From: a plasmid
Length of the DNA: 64,000 bases
Reading direction: 5' to 3' (one strand)
Assembly (NCBI RefSeq): GCF_054482525.1
Contig: NZ_JBTHVG010000004.1
The position numbers were made by a program, and so were the translations under genes. Positions 40,157 through 51,294 of the stretch are shown piece after piece; positions within the stretch are counted from its first letter, which is position 1; each line of letters opens with the position of its first letter. The notes under the pieces were generated by a model that searched no databases, was not told the origin of the DNA, and saw nothing but the letters and a program-made list of their open reading frames with translations.

Positions 40157-41301
40157 GACCGTAACTCCCCTGGCGGGATAAAAAGAATCGCTTCTCTTCG
40201 GTCAACTTCATTCCGGATATACATTTCCAGAATCTGGTCCCGGATACGGCGCTTCTCCTGCCGGATTATGGCATCAATGTGATGCCCCCACTCTGCATGC
40301 GGCATTCCGGAAAGATTGTCGCGAAGCTCATCGTTAATGACGATATATTCCCGGACGGCTTTACGACCACCGTCATTTGTTCTGACCAGAACCTGAACCA
40401 GAATGAACTGCAACAGTGACAGGACAGCCCAGGCCATCGAATCCCTGATGACAGGGGGAAACAGCCCAAGAAGACGTGCCAGCGTTTCACCAGGAGATTT
40501 CGTATGCATGGTGCTCAGGCAGTAATGCCCGGTGTTGCCTGCCTGTACCGCTGCGTCGGCGGTTTCGTTATCCCTGATCTCACCAACACCGATAATTTCG
40601 GGATTACGTCGTACAGCAGAACGCAGTCCGGCAGCAAAACTGACCACATCACGCCCGATTTCTGCCTGATGCGGTGGGAGCAGATCGTTTTCATTTCCCA
40701 GGATATATTCCACCGGGTCTTCATATGTCACGATTTTGGCGTCGGGGAAATTGTCCATAATGTAACGGTACAGTGCTGAACACAGCGTTGATTTTCCTGA
40801 CCCGGTTTCACCACATACAAATCCCAGACCGCTTTTGCAGACCATTGCTTCAAGCAGGTCTGGTTCAATGTTCATGGAGAGAATGTCCGGTATTTCTGTC
40901 GGGATGACACGCATGGTTATTGAGACTGCTTTCTCCTCTGCACCAGATGTGCCCTGAATGAGGTGAGAGCGTAACCGGATGCGTTCTCCGCGTTTAAGAC
41001 CATAGCGACCGGATGCATCCCCGTTAATCTGTATCGTCCTGTCAACCGGATTGCCTGCCAGAACGCGGGGAACGACTTCCCGACCGAACAGTTCATCAAT
41101 CAGGGAGGACATGAGTGTGGTTGGTAACGTTGCACTGGAACAACGCACCCGTCGGCCAAAGCGACTGACAGATACAGGTGACCCACCGGTCAGATCCACA
41201 TCACTGACTTTATGTGCGGCACACCAGACAAAGAAATGCCGTAATTCATCTGCAGTGAAACGCTGAAACGGAAAAAGACCAAACTCATCAGGAATATTCA
41301 T
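40153..41301 (-). CDS. traJ: TraJ ATPase (DotB/VirB11-like)
   Basis: 382 aa with Walker A GETGSGKST. Confidence 0.85.
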   Translation of the reverse strand: MNIPDEFGLFPFQRFTADELRHFFVWCAAHKVSDVDLTGGSPVSVSRFGRRVRCSSATLPTTLMSSLIDELFGREVVPRVLAGNPVDRTIQINGDASGRYGLKRGERIRLRSHLIQGTSGAEEKAVSITMRVIPTEIPDILSMNIEPDLLEAMVCKSGLGFVCGETGSGKSTLCSALYRYIMDNFPDAKIVTYEDPVEYILGNENDLLPPHQAEIGRDVVSFAAGLRSAVRRNPEIIGVGEIRDNETADAAVQAGNTGHYCLSTMHTKSPGETLARLLGLFPPVIRDSMAWAVLSLLQFILVQVLVRTNDGGRKAVREYIVINDELRDNLSGMPHAEWGHHIDAIIRQEKRRIRDQILEMYIRNEVDRREAILFIPPGELRS

Positions 41302-42116
41302 CGGGAGCCTCCTTCAGTGCCTATAAGCGGACGCCAGTGAGATTTCTGAAGATTGAATTCCGCATGATTTTTAAGGCGACGAACACGATCTCCAGTGACC
41401 AGTTTTTTCCCGTCACCTGTAACGGTTTGCATTTGATCAGAAACATCCGGACGGGTGATCATGCCCTGACGCCAGAGAAGTGAGTACAGCATCATGCCCC
41501 GGTAATCACGGGTGAGGGTTTTCTGGTTGGCTTCAAGCGTCAGGTCGGCGTTTTGTCTTCCTTCCTGCCATCCCTGCCGTAATGCGGTTTCCCACACTTT
41601 TCGTTGCACGCTGTCTTCTGGAACGACGCTGCCTTCTGTACCCGGAGTGGCTGTTGTTGAAAGCCCCCGGAGAAGCCAGTCACGCCAGCCCGGTGGATTG
41701 CTGACAAAGCGTTCAGGGCGAATGATGGTCCAGACCCGGGAAGAGGTCCGGATTTGATCTGGCGTGATATGAGCTACGTCCTGTGCTTCATCAATAACCG
41801 GTGGTAGCCAGCCTTCCGGGCTAATCAGTGGCCGGAAATCGTATAAGGCATTAAGTGTGCTTTCCCGGGCGTTGAGTGCCTGAATCAGCTCCCATGAACG
41901 CTGAGCCTTGCCACCACGAAATCCAAGCGTTTTACCTGCGTCGGTCAGCATTTTCCAGCGTGTTTCTGACAGACTATCCGGCTTTTCACTTCGTGGTTTA
42001 AGCCATGCATTAATGTCAGGTGGTGGCGTATTGACACCACCTGGCGAGATGGTAGGGGAAGAAGAACAACCAGTAAGCAGTATTACTGGCAAAATGAGAG
42101 AGGTGAGTGCTTTCAT
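41298..42116 (-). CDS. traI: TraI lipoprotein (DotC-like)
   Basis: 272 aa with lipoprotein signal (LTGCSS). Confidence 0.75.
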   Translation of the reverse strand: MKALTSLILPVILLTGCSSSPTISPGGVNTPPPDINAWLKPRSEKPDSLSETRWKMLTDAGKTLGFRGGKAQRSWELIQALNARESTLNALYDFRPLISPEGWLPPVIDEAQDVAHITPDQIRTSSRVWTIIRPERFVSNPPGWRDWLLRGLSTTATPGTEGSVVPEDSVQRKVWETALRQGWQEGRQNADLTLEANQKTLTRDYRGMMLYSLLWRQGMITRPDVSDQMQTVTGDGKKLVTGDRVRRLKNHAEFNLQKSHWRPLIGTEGGSR

Positions 42117-42571
42117 TTTTTCCGGTTCTCCGGCTGCATGAAGCTGACCTGTAACAAGCCCGGATATTGATGGATTGTTGCTCTCCAGGCTGTCTGGGCT
42201 TCAATAAGTCTCAACGTATTGGAAAACGTCATATCCCGGACGTGAAGGTTGACTGGTAACGGCAGGCGGACACCATTGTAGTTAAACTGCATCCCCCTGA
42301 CTCTGGCCAGTTCGTTCAGTAATTCAATTGCATCACCTTCCCAGTCAAAGGAAAGGCGATCGCTGTTAGCTGTCAGAAGATGAGACCCCGTTGAAACCGG
42401 AAGTTGGCCGGAAAACACACCTTTGTCCCATAATGTGTACTGAGTGTGCCGGGTAACCGCCACATCAGAGGCAGCACCGTAGTTACGCGGAACAGGAGTA
42501 TGCTGAGAAGGGGAGTTGCAGCCAGCCAGAAAAAGGGCGGCAAGACACCCCGCAGGTATAATACGGTTCAT
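42113..42571 (-). CDS. traH: TraH lipoprotein (DotD-like)
   Basis: 152 aa with lipoprotein signal (LAGCNS). Confidence 0.7.
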   Translation of the reverse strand: MNRIIPAGCLAALFLAGCNSPSQHTPVPRNYGAASDVAVTRHTQYTLWDKGVFSGQLPVSTGSHLLTANSDRLSFDWEGDAIELLNELARVRGMQFNYNGVRLPLPVNLHVRDMTFSNTLRLIEAQTAWRATIHQYPGLLQVSFMQPENRKK

Positions 42572-42780
42572 AATAATTCCTGAGCAGTTAAATCAGAATG
42601 GGATATACCGGTGCTCCGGTACAGACAGGATGATGTTTGTTTCCGGCTATACTTGCGTTACCGGAAATAAATGCCAGTGTGGCCAGGTAAATAGCCTCAT
42701 AGTTTACTGAAGGTGATTATTCCTGATACTGGCTGGTTGATGTGTCGTCAGACATAAAACGAATATGAGCGTAATCTTTA

Positions 42781-42915
42781 ACGCTCCGCGCCGAATCGAT
42801 CCATGATGGATGACTCGACGATTTATGAATCGAACGTACCGGCGCTTGTCCCTGAAACAGTTCCCGGCCCTCGTCCGGATGACCTGCAATTCAGACAGGC
42901 ACATGTGCCCGTACA
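42781..42915 (-). promoter_or_regulatory. conserved tra-region element, copy 1 (mini-ORF MDRFGAER)
   Basis: Shares a 5' core AACGCTCCGCGCCGAA-CGATCCA and a 3' block (CTGCARTTCWGACRG) with copies at 62171..62300 and 63233..63365. Confidence 0.45.
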
Positions 42916-42965
42916 CTCTTGTATCTTACTGAGTATATCAGAATTTATGTAAATTCAAATATCCT

Positions 42966-43550
42966 CTATGCCTCTTTGTTGTATTTTCCGTCAAGTATGA
43001 GCCGGGTACCATCGTAATGCATGATCAGGGCATCAAGGTACGCCGGTTTGAATTTCTTGCCGAGCCTATCTCTGGCCAGAAATGATAAACAATGATTATG
43101 TGTCATTATTACTATGTTCCTTTTATGAGATTCTCTTGCGATTGATTCAAGCGTCTTATAAAGATCATTATTGCAGTCTGATAAACTGTCCATAACGACG
43201 GGGTCTTTACCGGAGAAGAATTTTGCAGTTTGTATGGTTCTTACCGCATTGCTGGAGTAAATATCATATTCACTGAAGATTGTTGCGAACTTAATACCTT
43301 CCTGCTGTGCTTTCTCTGTACCGGTAATAGTGATTCCGCTTTTATCCGAATAGCATGGCATATCTGAACGGTCGCAACGTTCTCCATGGCGGAAAAGGAA
43401 AATAACGGTGTTATCAGCATTAATTTCTTTTGCCTGTTCTAGGGTGATATCGGGAAGCGAGCTTTTTGCTTTTGTCACTGCAGCTACCAGGAAAACAGAA
43501 AATAAAAGAATGAATGCTGTCTTTGAATAAGAAGAACGTGGTTTCATCAT
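42966..43550 (-). CDS. traG: TraG-position protein, histidine-phosphatase superfamily, secreted
   Basis: 194 aa with signal peptide and RHG catalytic motif (FLFRHGER); AT-rich; gene symbol assigned by position only. Confidence 0.55.
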   Translation of the reverse strand: MMKPRSSYSKTAFILLFSVFLVAAVTKAKSSLPDITLEQAKEINADNTVIFLFRHGERCDRSDMPCYSDKSGITITGTEKAQQEGIKFATIFSEYDIYSSNAVRTIQTAKFFSGKDPVVMDSLSDCNNDLYKTLESIARESHKRNIVIMTHNHCLSFLARDRLGKKFKPAYLDALIMHYDGTRLILDGKYNKEA

Positions 43551-43609
43551 GTTATTTAAAATGAATATAAAAATACCCCCGGGTTTAGTGCCGGGGGCGG
43601 GGACAGTAA

Positions 43610-44812
43610 TCAGAAAGTGAACTGAAGTTGTGCCATTGCACCGTAATCGTGGTCAGTTCCTACCAGGCCGGAAACATCGATATGTACGACGTCAAATGGA
43701 GAGATACCAACGCCAGCGGTGAAGGCGCTTCCGGAGTTTGATGCCATGTTCTGACGATAACCGGCACGCAATTGCGCCCATTTCCATGCGTTAAATTCAG
43801 CACCAACACTTGCAAACTGACGTTTGCTGTCAGAAGTGAAGCCACTGGCAGGAGTCAGATCAACGTCAAGAGCAGTGGTAAACAGGTCATTATGCCAGGA
43901 TACACCGGCGGTTGCCTGTGGACGAACTTTGAAGGTTTCTTTAAAGCCATTGACGACTTTAGTATCAATACTGCGTGGAATGATGTTCTGGGCAACAAGA
44001 CCGACAGTCCAGTTGTCATTCAGGTCTGTATAAGCACCAATATCGGCGTTGAATCCGTTTTTCGTGTTGTGGTACTTGTCACCGTCAAAATCGTCTTTGT
44101 CGTAATCACGAACCGTTACGTTGTAGTTAAACAGGTCCACACGCTGATATTTTGGTGTGACGCCAAGAGACCATTTTTGTCCGGCCGTTTCCAGTTCTTT
44201 GGCAAATGAAATTCCGACGTCGGTAATTACAGCTGCACGCCCGAATGCGCGTGAGGTCAGGGCATTCTTATCGACGTCGGTAATTGTTCCATTGGCAACT
44301 TTGTCCAGATAATCCAGGTCTGCATCGTTTACTTTTCCGTTTACGCTGACAGTTCCGTAAGACTTGACCATAAGGGCAAACGGCAGAGTGTCATTTGCCA
44401 TGGCTGCTACAGCTGATACACCTACCTGAGCATCTGCATTGATATTGCGGAATTCCTGCAGACGATGTTTAAGATTTGCCGCTGCCTGTTGTACGCCATG
44501 CTGGTTATCTACAGCACTGTCAAACAAATCCCAGTCATCTTTAACATCATCAGCTTTATTTGATACATCATCAGGATCAGCAACTTGTGCCCCAACAGAC
44601 GGCAGAAGAAGGCTGAAATCATCATTGCTGTTGTGCTTTGTCAGTAAAGCCGGGTTTGCCAGAGGTGCCACACCATAATGGGAAGATGCTACCCCGGTGC
44701 CACCCATTGCATCGTTACGCGCTTCAAAATATGACGTTGCTGCTGCAGCGTTAAAGGAAAATAATACAGCAGATGCAATGATGGTGCGGGTAATATGATT
44801 TTTCTTCATCAT
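43610..44812 (-). CDS. traF: TraF outer-membrane beta-barrel protein
   Basis: 400 aa, signal peptide, C-terminal aromatic residue (…QLQFTF) typical of beta-barrel OMPs. Confidence 0.65.
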   Translation of the reverse strand: MMKKNHITRTIIASAVLFSFNAAAATSYFEARNDAMGGTGVASSHYGVAPLANPALLTKHNSNDDFSLLLPSVGAQVADPDDVSNKADDVKDDWDLFDSAVDNQHGVQQAAANLKHRLQEFRNINADAQVGVSAVAAMANDTLPFALMVKSYGTVSVNGKVNDADLDYLDKVANGTITDVDKNALTSRAFGRAAVITDVGISFAKELETAGQKWSLGVTPKYQRVDLFNYNVTVRDYDKDDFDGDKYHNTKNGFNADIGAYTDLNDNWTVGLVAQNIIPRSIDTKVVNGFKETFKVRPQATAGVSWHNDLFTTALDVDLTPASGFTSDSKRQFASVGAEFNAWKWAQLRAGYRQNMASNSGSAFTAGVGISPFDVVHIDVSGLVGTDHDYGAMAQLQFTF

Positions 44813-44897
44813 TTAATTTCCTGTTTATCAGAATTTAGACAAAACAACGCTATGACACGGATGTGCCGTAAATTTTTACTTTGGTACTATCTGGTAT

Positions 44898-45722
44898 TTA
44901 CCAGGGTAATAAAGACGTATTAAATAAGCTAACAGGTAGTATTTGCCCTGTAATAAGGTTTCCGGCAAGGCCAGGTCTCAACGTAACGCGTCGCAAAGAC
45001 ATTGTTGTATTCTGCCTGGTTGTATATTCAGTTAACCATTTTCTTTTTTCATCGTTCAGAAGTGTTGGTGATAATGATAGTGCCGGATATATTACAGAGC
45101 CATTTATTTCTTTTTCCTGTCTCAATATTACCCCGCAATATTCTCTTTTCGTGTTTCCTGCGAAGGGGAAACTATGCCAGAAAATAACTTCAGTGTTGCT
45201 GCTATTATTAATAAGCATTCTGAAATTATCAGCAGTATCTGGCCATTCACCGGACAACGCTATCGGATAGTTTTCATGGCCATTCAGCCAGTCCGGATTG
45301 AGATTAAAACATTCAGCAAGATGTTCGAGAGCGTCAGCTGAAAGATAGTCTGCAAGTCTGGCCGGGTCCTGTATAACCGTGGAGCGGATATTCCATGGCG
45401 ACAGCAATGTTGCCAGTAATGGCGCATTTATATCATGCGACAGCATGATGTATTCAATTCTGCTTATTATGTTTCCTGTGGTGTTATCCGCAGGCATAAA
45501 CATATTATGAAGAGCATCCTCAAGCAGGATTCGGGTTAAATCAGCGGTGGATATGGCTAATTGTTCGCTCATTATCCCCAGAACTTCTCTTACCCCTTGT
45601 GGGTAACGGACCTGCAGAGGTGTCGGGTTTATCTGACGACCGTTGATGAGTTTTTCGCCGATTGCTTTTTTGTCCAGCGAGAGCATCATTCGGGCCGCAA
45701 TACCGGTCGTATTCAGTCTCAT
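44898..45722 (-). CDS. traE: TraE
   Basis: 274 aa, first gene of the block downstream of rci. Confidence 0.6.
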   Translation of the reverse strand: MRLNTTGIAARMMLSLDKKAIGEKLINGRQINPTPLQVRYPQGVREVLGIMSEQLAISTADLTRILLEDALHNMFMPADNTTGNIISRIEYIMLSHDINAPLLATLLSPWNIRSTVIQDPARLADYLSADALEHLAECFNLNPDWLNGHENYPIALSGEWPDTADNFRMLINNSSNTEVIFWHSFPFAGNTKREYCGVILRQEKEINGSVIYPALSLSPTLLNDEKRKWLTEYTTRQNTTMSLRRVTLRPGLAGNLITGQILPVSLFNTSLLPW

Positions 45723-45872
45723 TGTTCCTCCGACTGAAAAAGTCTTTTCAGCTCATGTGGTTATTGTATCTTCGGTGTTTTTTCTGGTGAAACGAATAAT
45801 TTCGATCATGCAGATCGAATGTGTTTGGCGAGTTGTTGCAACTCGCCTTTCTGTATGTGTTTTGAATGATGT

Positions 45873-47027
45873 TTACAGCGGGGTGCTGCCCGGGTTCAGA
45901 GGGCAAATCATAATGTAGTCAGGGTCGTTAACAGGTAACGCTCCGGGAGATGGGACACGTTCGCCTTTCTGTGCTGCAATGGCCAGTGTACGCAACAAAA
46001 CCTCACTGGCGCGGTGAACTGCTTCCTCTTTCGTTGTGGCAGTGACGTGAAGGTTATCAAAATCACCGATCTCAATACGATGCGCTTTCTGCCCATTTTC
46101 TTCATCGATGGTCGTGATATGGGCAGGATACGGCACAAACCATGCTGCCACTTTTTGTGTCTGCCGCCGGCGGGCATCAAGCTTACTGACCAGTTGCCAT
46201 GCACGAAGATGAGTATACCGTTTCAGCATATTCATGGAACGATGTCCTGATATTGCAGCAATCTCCATTACATTCAGGCTACCCAGTTCGAAGAAGCGGC
46301 TTATTGCTTCATGCCGTAGATCGTGAAAATGCAGGTCCTCGATGCGAAGTCGTTGTGTGGCTATTCTCCAGGCATTTTTAAAGCCGGATGCGGTGTAATC
46401 AAAAACATTGCCGTGGAGATTAACGGGCATCATCTGAAGAAAGTTACGGGCACGTCTGGACAGAGGAACATCCCGTGAGTGACCGTTTTTGGTTTCAGGT
46501 AAATGAGCCACACCGTGGCGCAAATCAATGTGTTCCCAACGTAAGGCCAGTATTTCGCCCTGCCGCATGGCTGTTTCAAGGGCAAGATGGAAAATGACAT
46601 ACAACATCAGATTTTTTTCGCGGAAATAGCGAGAAAGGCGACGTTCTTCTGAAGACGTTAGCCGACGATCTCGTCCGGAGGATACTTTCGGCTTGCGAAC
46701 CAGTTCAACCGGGTTAGTACGACAGGTTCCCCATTCAACACGAGCAATATTGAACAGAGATGACAGAAGGGCGAGTTCAAGACGTACAGTATTACCTGTA
46801 ATGGCTTTACCCGTTCGGGGGTTGATTTCTGCTAAACGAACGTCTCTGTATGTAGCAATATCAACGGTTGTTATTTCGTCCATATTCCGAAGGGCAATGG
46901 GATATCGCTTGATAACATTGCTCCGGTAAAACTCCTGTTGATGCCCTTTCTTGTGAACAGAAACTGTTTTCAGGTACTTATCCAGTGCGCGTGACAGGGA
47001 CATTTTACGGATGCGTGGAGACGGCAT
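45873..47027 (-). CDS. rci: Rci shufflon-specific tyrosine recombinase
   Basis: 384 aa from the internal Met ([20 protein letters not shown]...); integrase-family catalytic residues (R...HDLRH...Y); adjacent to sfx repeats. Confidence 0.9.
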   Translation of the reverse strand: MPSPRIRKMSLSRALDKYLKTVSVHKKGHQQEFYRSNVIKRYPIALRNMDEITTVDIATYRDVRLAEINPRTGKAITGNTVRLELALLSSLFNIARVEWGTCRTNPVELVRKPKVSSGRDRRLTSSEERRLSRYFREKNLMLYVIFHLALETAMRQGEILALRWEHIDLRHGVAHLPETKNGHSRDVPLSRRARNFLQMMPVNLHGNVFDYTASGFKNAWRIATQRLRIEDLHFHDLRHEAISRFFELGSLNVMEIAAISGHRSMNMLKRYTHLRAWQLVSKLDARRRQTQKVAAWFVPYPAHITTIDEENGQKAHRIEIGDFDNLHVTATTKEEAVHRASEVLLRTLAIAAQKGERVPSPGALPVNDPDYIMICPLNPGSTPL

Positions 47028-47077
47028 GCTAACCTCAAAAGAGGAAAAAATAATGCCAACAATCATTCTCTGCAAGC

Positions 47078-49014
47078 GTGCCAATCCGGTACCTGGCGTA
47101 AAAGCAATTCTGGTAGTACGGTGATAACTGGTCGTATAGCAAATGGTCAGCAAATACCGCTGCCAACAGGATTTTCTGCCAGTCAGTGCTCATGGAGTGT
47201 GAGCAATGCAGAAAACCCTCAAGGTTGGAAGCCGAATTACTTTGCTGGATCAGTTGCAACTTATGATGCAAATCGAATTGTTAAATGTGGTTTTTATGAT
47301 GAATACAATTTCCATAAAGGGACATTTAGAGCTGATTTAACCGGAAAATGTAGTTATGTCGTCGCGTGTCAGAACTGAGATTAAATTGCTGGCGCTGCTG
47401 GCCTACGTGCCAATCCGGTACCTGGAGAAAGGTAGGATCTGGTGAGCTTCAAATTGCTACAGCACAGGCGACAGGTTGGCGCTTTCCTGGAGCAACAGCT
47501 ACCTGTCCAACTGGAAAACGTGTTACAGGTGGCGGCGGAATATGCACCTCACGAACTGGTTACATATGGCTTACCAGGTCATTCCCATCAGCCAATAACT
47601 CATGGTCGGCTGCGTGCGATACAACCGAAGATCAGAATGGTTCAATAACTGTATATGCCATTTGCCAATAAGCTATTTCAAGCAAGTAATCTTCATAAAG
47701 TAGGACGAATACTGTGTGTAGTTTTTGGCTTGCCAAGTCATCTCGCCGTTAGAGTCAGGCATGTCAATAGGAACGACTTCTGTTTCTGCCATTTCACGCC
47801 CGTCAATACGATAGGTGTTAATACACAGTTTAAACCTCCCTAAGACCTGTGTGTTTTTGGGATATAACGTAAATGTTTTTATATTCGTCCATATCGACGC
47901 TGATGATGATTTCCAGGTACCGGATTGGCACTGGCCTACGTGCCAATCCGGTACCTGGGGCGCTCCTAAAACTCAATTCACAACGCAGACCTACAACATA
48001 GCTAAAAACACTCGTAATTTAAGGCTCGGGGTCCATGCATATTGCTCATGGACTTACCTGAATGGCTCACCCTTTGGTGGTTTTCAACAGGTATATTCCG
48101 ACCAAAACAACGTTTGGTATGTGAGTAATTATGCTTGGGGAAATTATGAGTCTGGTGGGACCATATCAGTCACATGCCTCAATCTTCCTGGTGCTGGAGT
48201 TTAATTAAAGGGGCAACAGTAGGCATCGACATGTTCCTCATCAACACCATCACCAATACCGTACATGCGTGTTCCAGTCATAATGTATCCAGTCGGACAT
48301 TGAATCGGCTTGTAATAGATCGAACCACCACTCTTACCGCCGATAAAGTGATTCATTGCTACGGATGATTTGTACCAATTACATGCTGAGTAATTAATTT
48401 TATTACCCCCTGACCACCGACCGGATTGGCACGTAGGCCAGTGCCAATCCGGTACGTGGAAGACTTCTGGTTCGCTCAATGGTTCTTACACAAACTTAGG
48501 TTCACATAGAGGTTCATTCTCAGGGCGGAATTCAGGGGGCAGTACATTGTTTATTTATGCATCTGGAGGTAATGGAGGATCTGCCGGAGGTGCATGTGCA
48601 AATACATCCCGACTGCAGGGATATGTTGGTGGGACGCTAATTAGCGTGAATGCCAGCAATAACCCTGCATATGGAAAAACAGCCTTTATCAGCTTTGCTG
48701 TACCTGCAGGTACTTCCTATCAGATAACATCCTATCCAACAGAAAATACATCATGTGGTGCCGGGGTATTTTCAGTATTTGGATATCAAACTTAATTGAG
48801 CGTTACACACGACGCAATACAACCTGTCTTATGCTCGTATTTGTACCATTTACGTGAACCTGCTGGGCTCTCAACTACCTGGCAGTAGTGGGCATCCTCT
48901 GCGTTGCCCATTCTGGCAATGGCACAGAAGTCGAATTGCCCCAGATAACCTGTGGTGGAAAGCTGAGTAACTTTGAGTTTTCCACCTATTGTCCTCCACG
49001 TACCGGATTGGCAC
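47078..49014. mobile_element. shufflon multiple-inversion region with seven 19 bp sfx sites
   Basis: sfx core GTGCCAATCCGGTACNTGG at about 47078, 47408, 47940, 48441 (one orientation) and about 47913, 48413, 48996 (inverted); each encodes C-Q-S-G-T/R-W and is followed by alternative PilV C-terminal reading frames on both strands. Confidence 0.9.
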
Positions 49015-50096
49015 GAAAGTATTGCCCCTGTATTATCGCGGCCTACAAGGCCGTTAGGCGAACATGATGCGCCAGCAACGGCAGTTCTTTCCAGTTGTAA
49101 GTATTCACCAGTATAAAGGCGACCATCAGCACGAACAGTACCGCCTTTCACCTGACCGCCGGTATAGATGCCCTTGTTGTTTACACTTCGAACCCATGAT
49201 CCGTCGGACATATAAAATCCGCCACCGTGAGTTTCATTGAGCCAGCCTTTGCTGTTACGAGTAATTAACCAACCATTATTACTTCTGATATCACCGCCAG
49301 CGGTGACATTTACGTCAAAGTTTCCGCTATTGCCTTTTACCTGACCGCTGAAAGTGCCATTTACACCATTCACATTGCCGCTGAAATTACCAGTCTGGGC
49401 ATTTACTGCCCCAATGTTATTCAGGTTATTTGATCCCATATCAATGGCCGTGTGCATTTTGTTTAAGTCAGGGCGACCATTGACCTGGAATCTGTAAAGA
49501 CGATCAGTGTCCTCTGCTGCACCACTAAGTTCATCTGTCGATAACAGTACGGCAATATGCCCGTTACCGCTTTTGGCACCATAATTACTTAAAGCTACTG
49601 ACCAGGAACGTAATGCACCTGTGGCTGTTTTGCCGTCCTGGATATATCCACCAAGACCAGTGGTAATATCCTTAGCCATCTGGATAAGTGCTTTCACTGG
49701 ATAAGGGGTGCCACCACTGGATACAACCATTGCCTGTAGTAATTCCGGGTTTTGGGTGTTTCGAACTACATATGCCTGTAACCGCTGCCCCTCGCTGTTT
49801 GTCTCAGTAAAGCCGCTGGACAAAAAGCCGGTATTTTTCAGCATGGTTGTCGTGATAACGGCAGGGGTTGTTGTGGTACTACTGGCCTGGAGAGTTGTGT
49901 AGTTTTTCCCTATATAAGAGCGGGCTGCACTGGCCCAGTTGCTGACAAGACGAGCTTCAGCCTGCCAACCTTTGGTTTTTAAATAGTCCTGCCATATGCC
50001 TGCACCCCAGGCAACTATGATCATAACAATCAATAAAGCCGCGCCAATTTCCAGCGATGCCCAGCCTCGGTCATATTTTTTCATCAGATTACCCAT
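48792..50096 (-). CDS. pilV: PilV thin-pilus adhesin (minor type IV prepilin) with currently joined shufflon C-terminal segment
   Basis: 434 aa; prepilin-like N-terminus; reading frame crosses the sfx at about 48996..49014 (…SCQSGTWRT…) into the adjacent invertible segment. Confidence 0.85.
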   Translation of the reverse strand: MGNLMKKYDRGWASLEIGAALLIVMIIVAWGAGIWQDYLKTKGWQAEARLVSNWASAARSYIGKNYTTLQASSTTTTPAVITTTMLKNTGFLSSGFTETNSEGQRLQAYVVRNTQNPELLQAMVVSSGGTPYPVKALIQMAKDITTGLGGYIQDGKTATGALRSWSVALSNYGAKSGNGHIAVLLSTDELSGAAEDTDRLYRFQVNGRPDLNKMHTAIDMGSNNLNNIGAVNAQTGNFSGNVNGVNGTFSGQVKGNSGNFDVNVTAGGDIRSNNGWLITRNSKGWLNETHGGGFYMSDGSWVRSVNNKGIYTGGQVKGGTVRADGRLYTGEYLQLERTAVAGASCSPNGLVGRDNTGAILSCQSGTWRTIGGKLKVTQLSTTGYLGQFDFCAIARMGNAEDAHYCQVVESPAGSRKWYKYEHKTGCIASCVTLN

Positions 50097-50767
50097 AGTG
50101 GTTGATAAAGATTATCCAGTAGCAAAAGGACATGGCCAAGACACAGCCATGGACCCAGTGGGCCTTCTTTATGTCCTTTTATGCACCATGTTGAATGCCA
50201 TAAGACAAATCCTCCTGCGCCCAGCAACACACTCCATATGGCGTTATATAGCCCTGACCATGCGGTAATACCTGCAATAAGCCACAGGTCTCCTGTGCCA
50301 ATATTAAGACGATGGCGGTTAACCAGTTTATGCAGACAGAATAAGACAATTGCGGCAGAGACAATTTCTGTTGCACGGAGCCACCATATATCAGTTGTGA
50401 TTTGTGATAATATTCCAGCGATTAAAAAACGCCTGGTGAATGTACCCGGTAAGAGGCCTGTTAGTGCATCCGTTACTGCCATTTGCAGCATGAACGAAAG
50501 AATAAGAACAGCATGAATACGGTAGATAAGTGGGGATGACGATAAAATAATTAATGCCACAGCTATACTATATAGCCATATTCCTGACAGAACTGCAGTG
50601 TGTGTCTTATACCAGAGATGTTCTGTATCAGATAAAAAATAACGAACTCTGAATAACAGAGTTCGTCCAATAATGGAAAATATGAACATCAATGGGAGGA
50701 TATAAACAGGGGAGAGACTTATGCCTACGATTGTCTGCATTGTCTGCCTCCCTGCCCGGGAAGGCAT
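50084..50767 (-). CDS. pilU: PilU prepilin peptidase
   Basis: 227 aa polytopic membrane protein; operon position. Confidence 0.75.
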   Translation of the reverse strand: MPSRAGRQTMQTIVGISLSPVYILPLMFIFSIIGRTLLFRVRYFLSDTEHLWYKTHTAVLSGIWLYSIAVALIILSSSPLIYRIHAVLILSFMLQMAVTDALTGLLPGTFTRRFLIAGILSQITTDIWWLRATEIVSAAIVLFCLHKLVNRHRLNIGTGDLWLIAGITAWSGLYNAIWSVLLGAGGFVLWHSTWCIKGHKEGPLGPWLCLGHVLLLLDNLYQPLWVI

Positions 50768-51285
50768 ATCCCTTTCATGTCACGATAAATTCTCCATACT
50801 TTATTAGCATATTGCTCTCTTGTTTCATGTCTGTCCTTACGGAATCCGGCATTGTATGACCCAAGGCAATTCCAGCTGACGCCACATATCTGAAAATGTC
50901 TTGCCAGTATCCAGCTTCCTATATGGATATTAAGACATGGTTTGGTAATTAAATCCTCAGACTTTTTGATTACGCCCATCTTTATAAGCTTTGGAATATG
51001 GGTTGAGTTTATTTGCATCAACCCATAATCCGTACTACTGGCTTTGCCTGTTTTTCTGTCCTTATTTATGTTAATTGCGCCCGGCTTCAATGAAGATTCC
51101 CCGGCAGAAATGGCCTTCAACAATAATGGTTCAATTTGATAGCGTGCGCCGGCGGCGGCAAAGCAATTGTCCCACTTGTTAGTCCAGATTTGTTTGGGGG
51201 CGATGTATGAAGCTCGGGCGGGATAAATAAGAGAACAAAGCAGGATTAATGAAATAAGTCTGAGGGGCACTTTACCCCCGGACAT
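50725..51285 (-). CDS. pilT: PilT lytic transglycosylase
   Basis: 186 aa with signal peptide and SLT-type motif (AISAGESS…YGLMQIN). Confidence 0.75.
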   Translation of the reverse strand: MSGGKVPLRLISLILLCSLIYPARASYIAPKQIWTNKWDNCFAAAGARYQIEPLLLKAISAGESSLKPGAININKDRKTGKASSTDYGLMQINSTHIPKLIKMGVIKKSEDLITKPCLNIHIGSWILARHFQICGVSWNCLGSYNAGFRKDRHETREQYANKVWRIYRDMKGICLPGQGGRQCRQS

Positions 51286-51294
51286 TAAAACTCC

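Noticed and set aside
39852-40211. N-terminal 120 aa extension of the nuc ORF (listed 303 aa)
   Set aside because: The internal Met is followed by a typical signal peptide, and the extension overlaps the separate traK frame.
47078-49014. Possible CRISPR array suggested by the repeated 19 bp sequence
   Set aside because: Repeats occur in both orientations with irregular spacing of hundreds of bp, lie inside coding frames and sit next to rci; this is a shufflon, not a CRISPR array.
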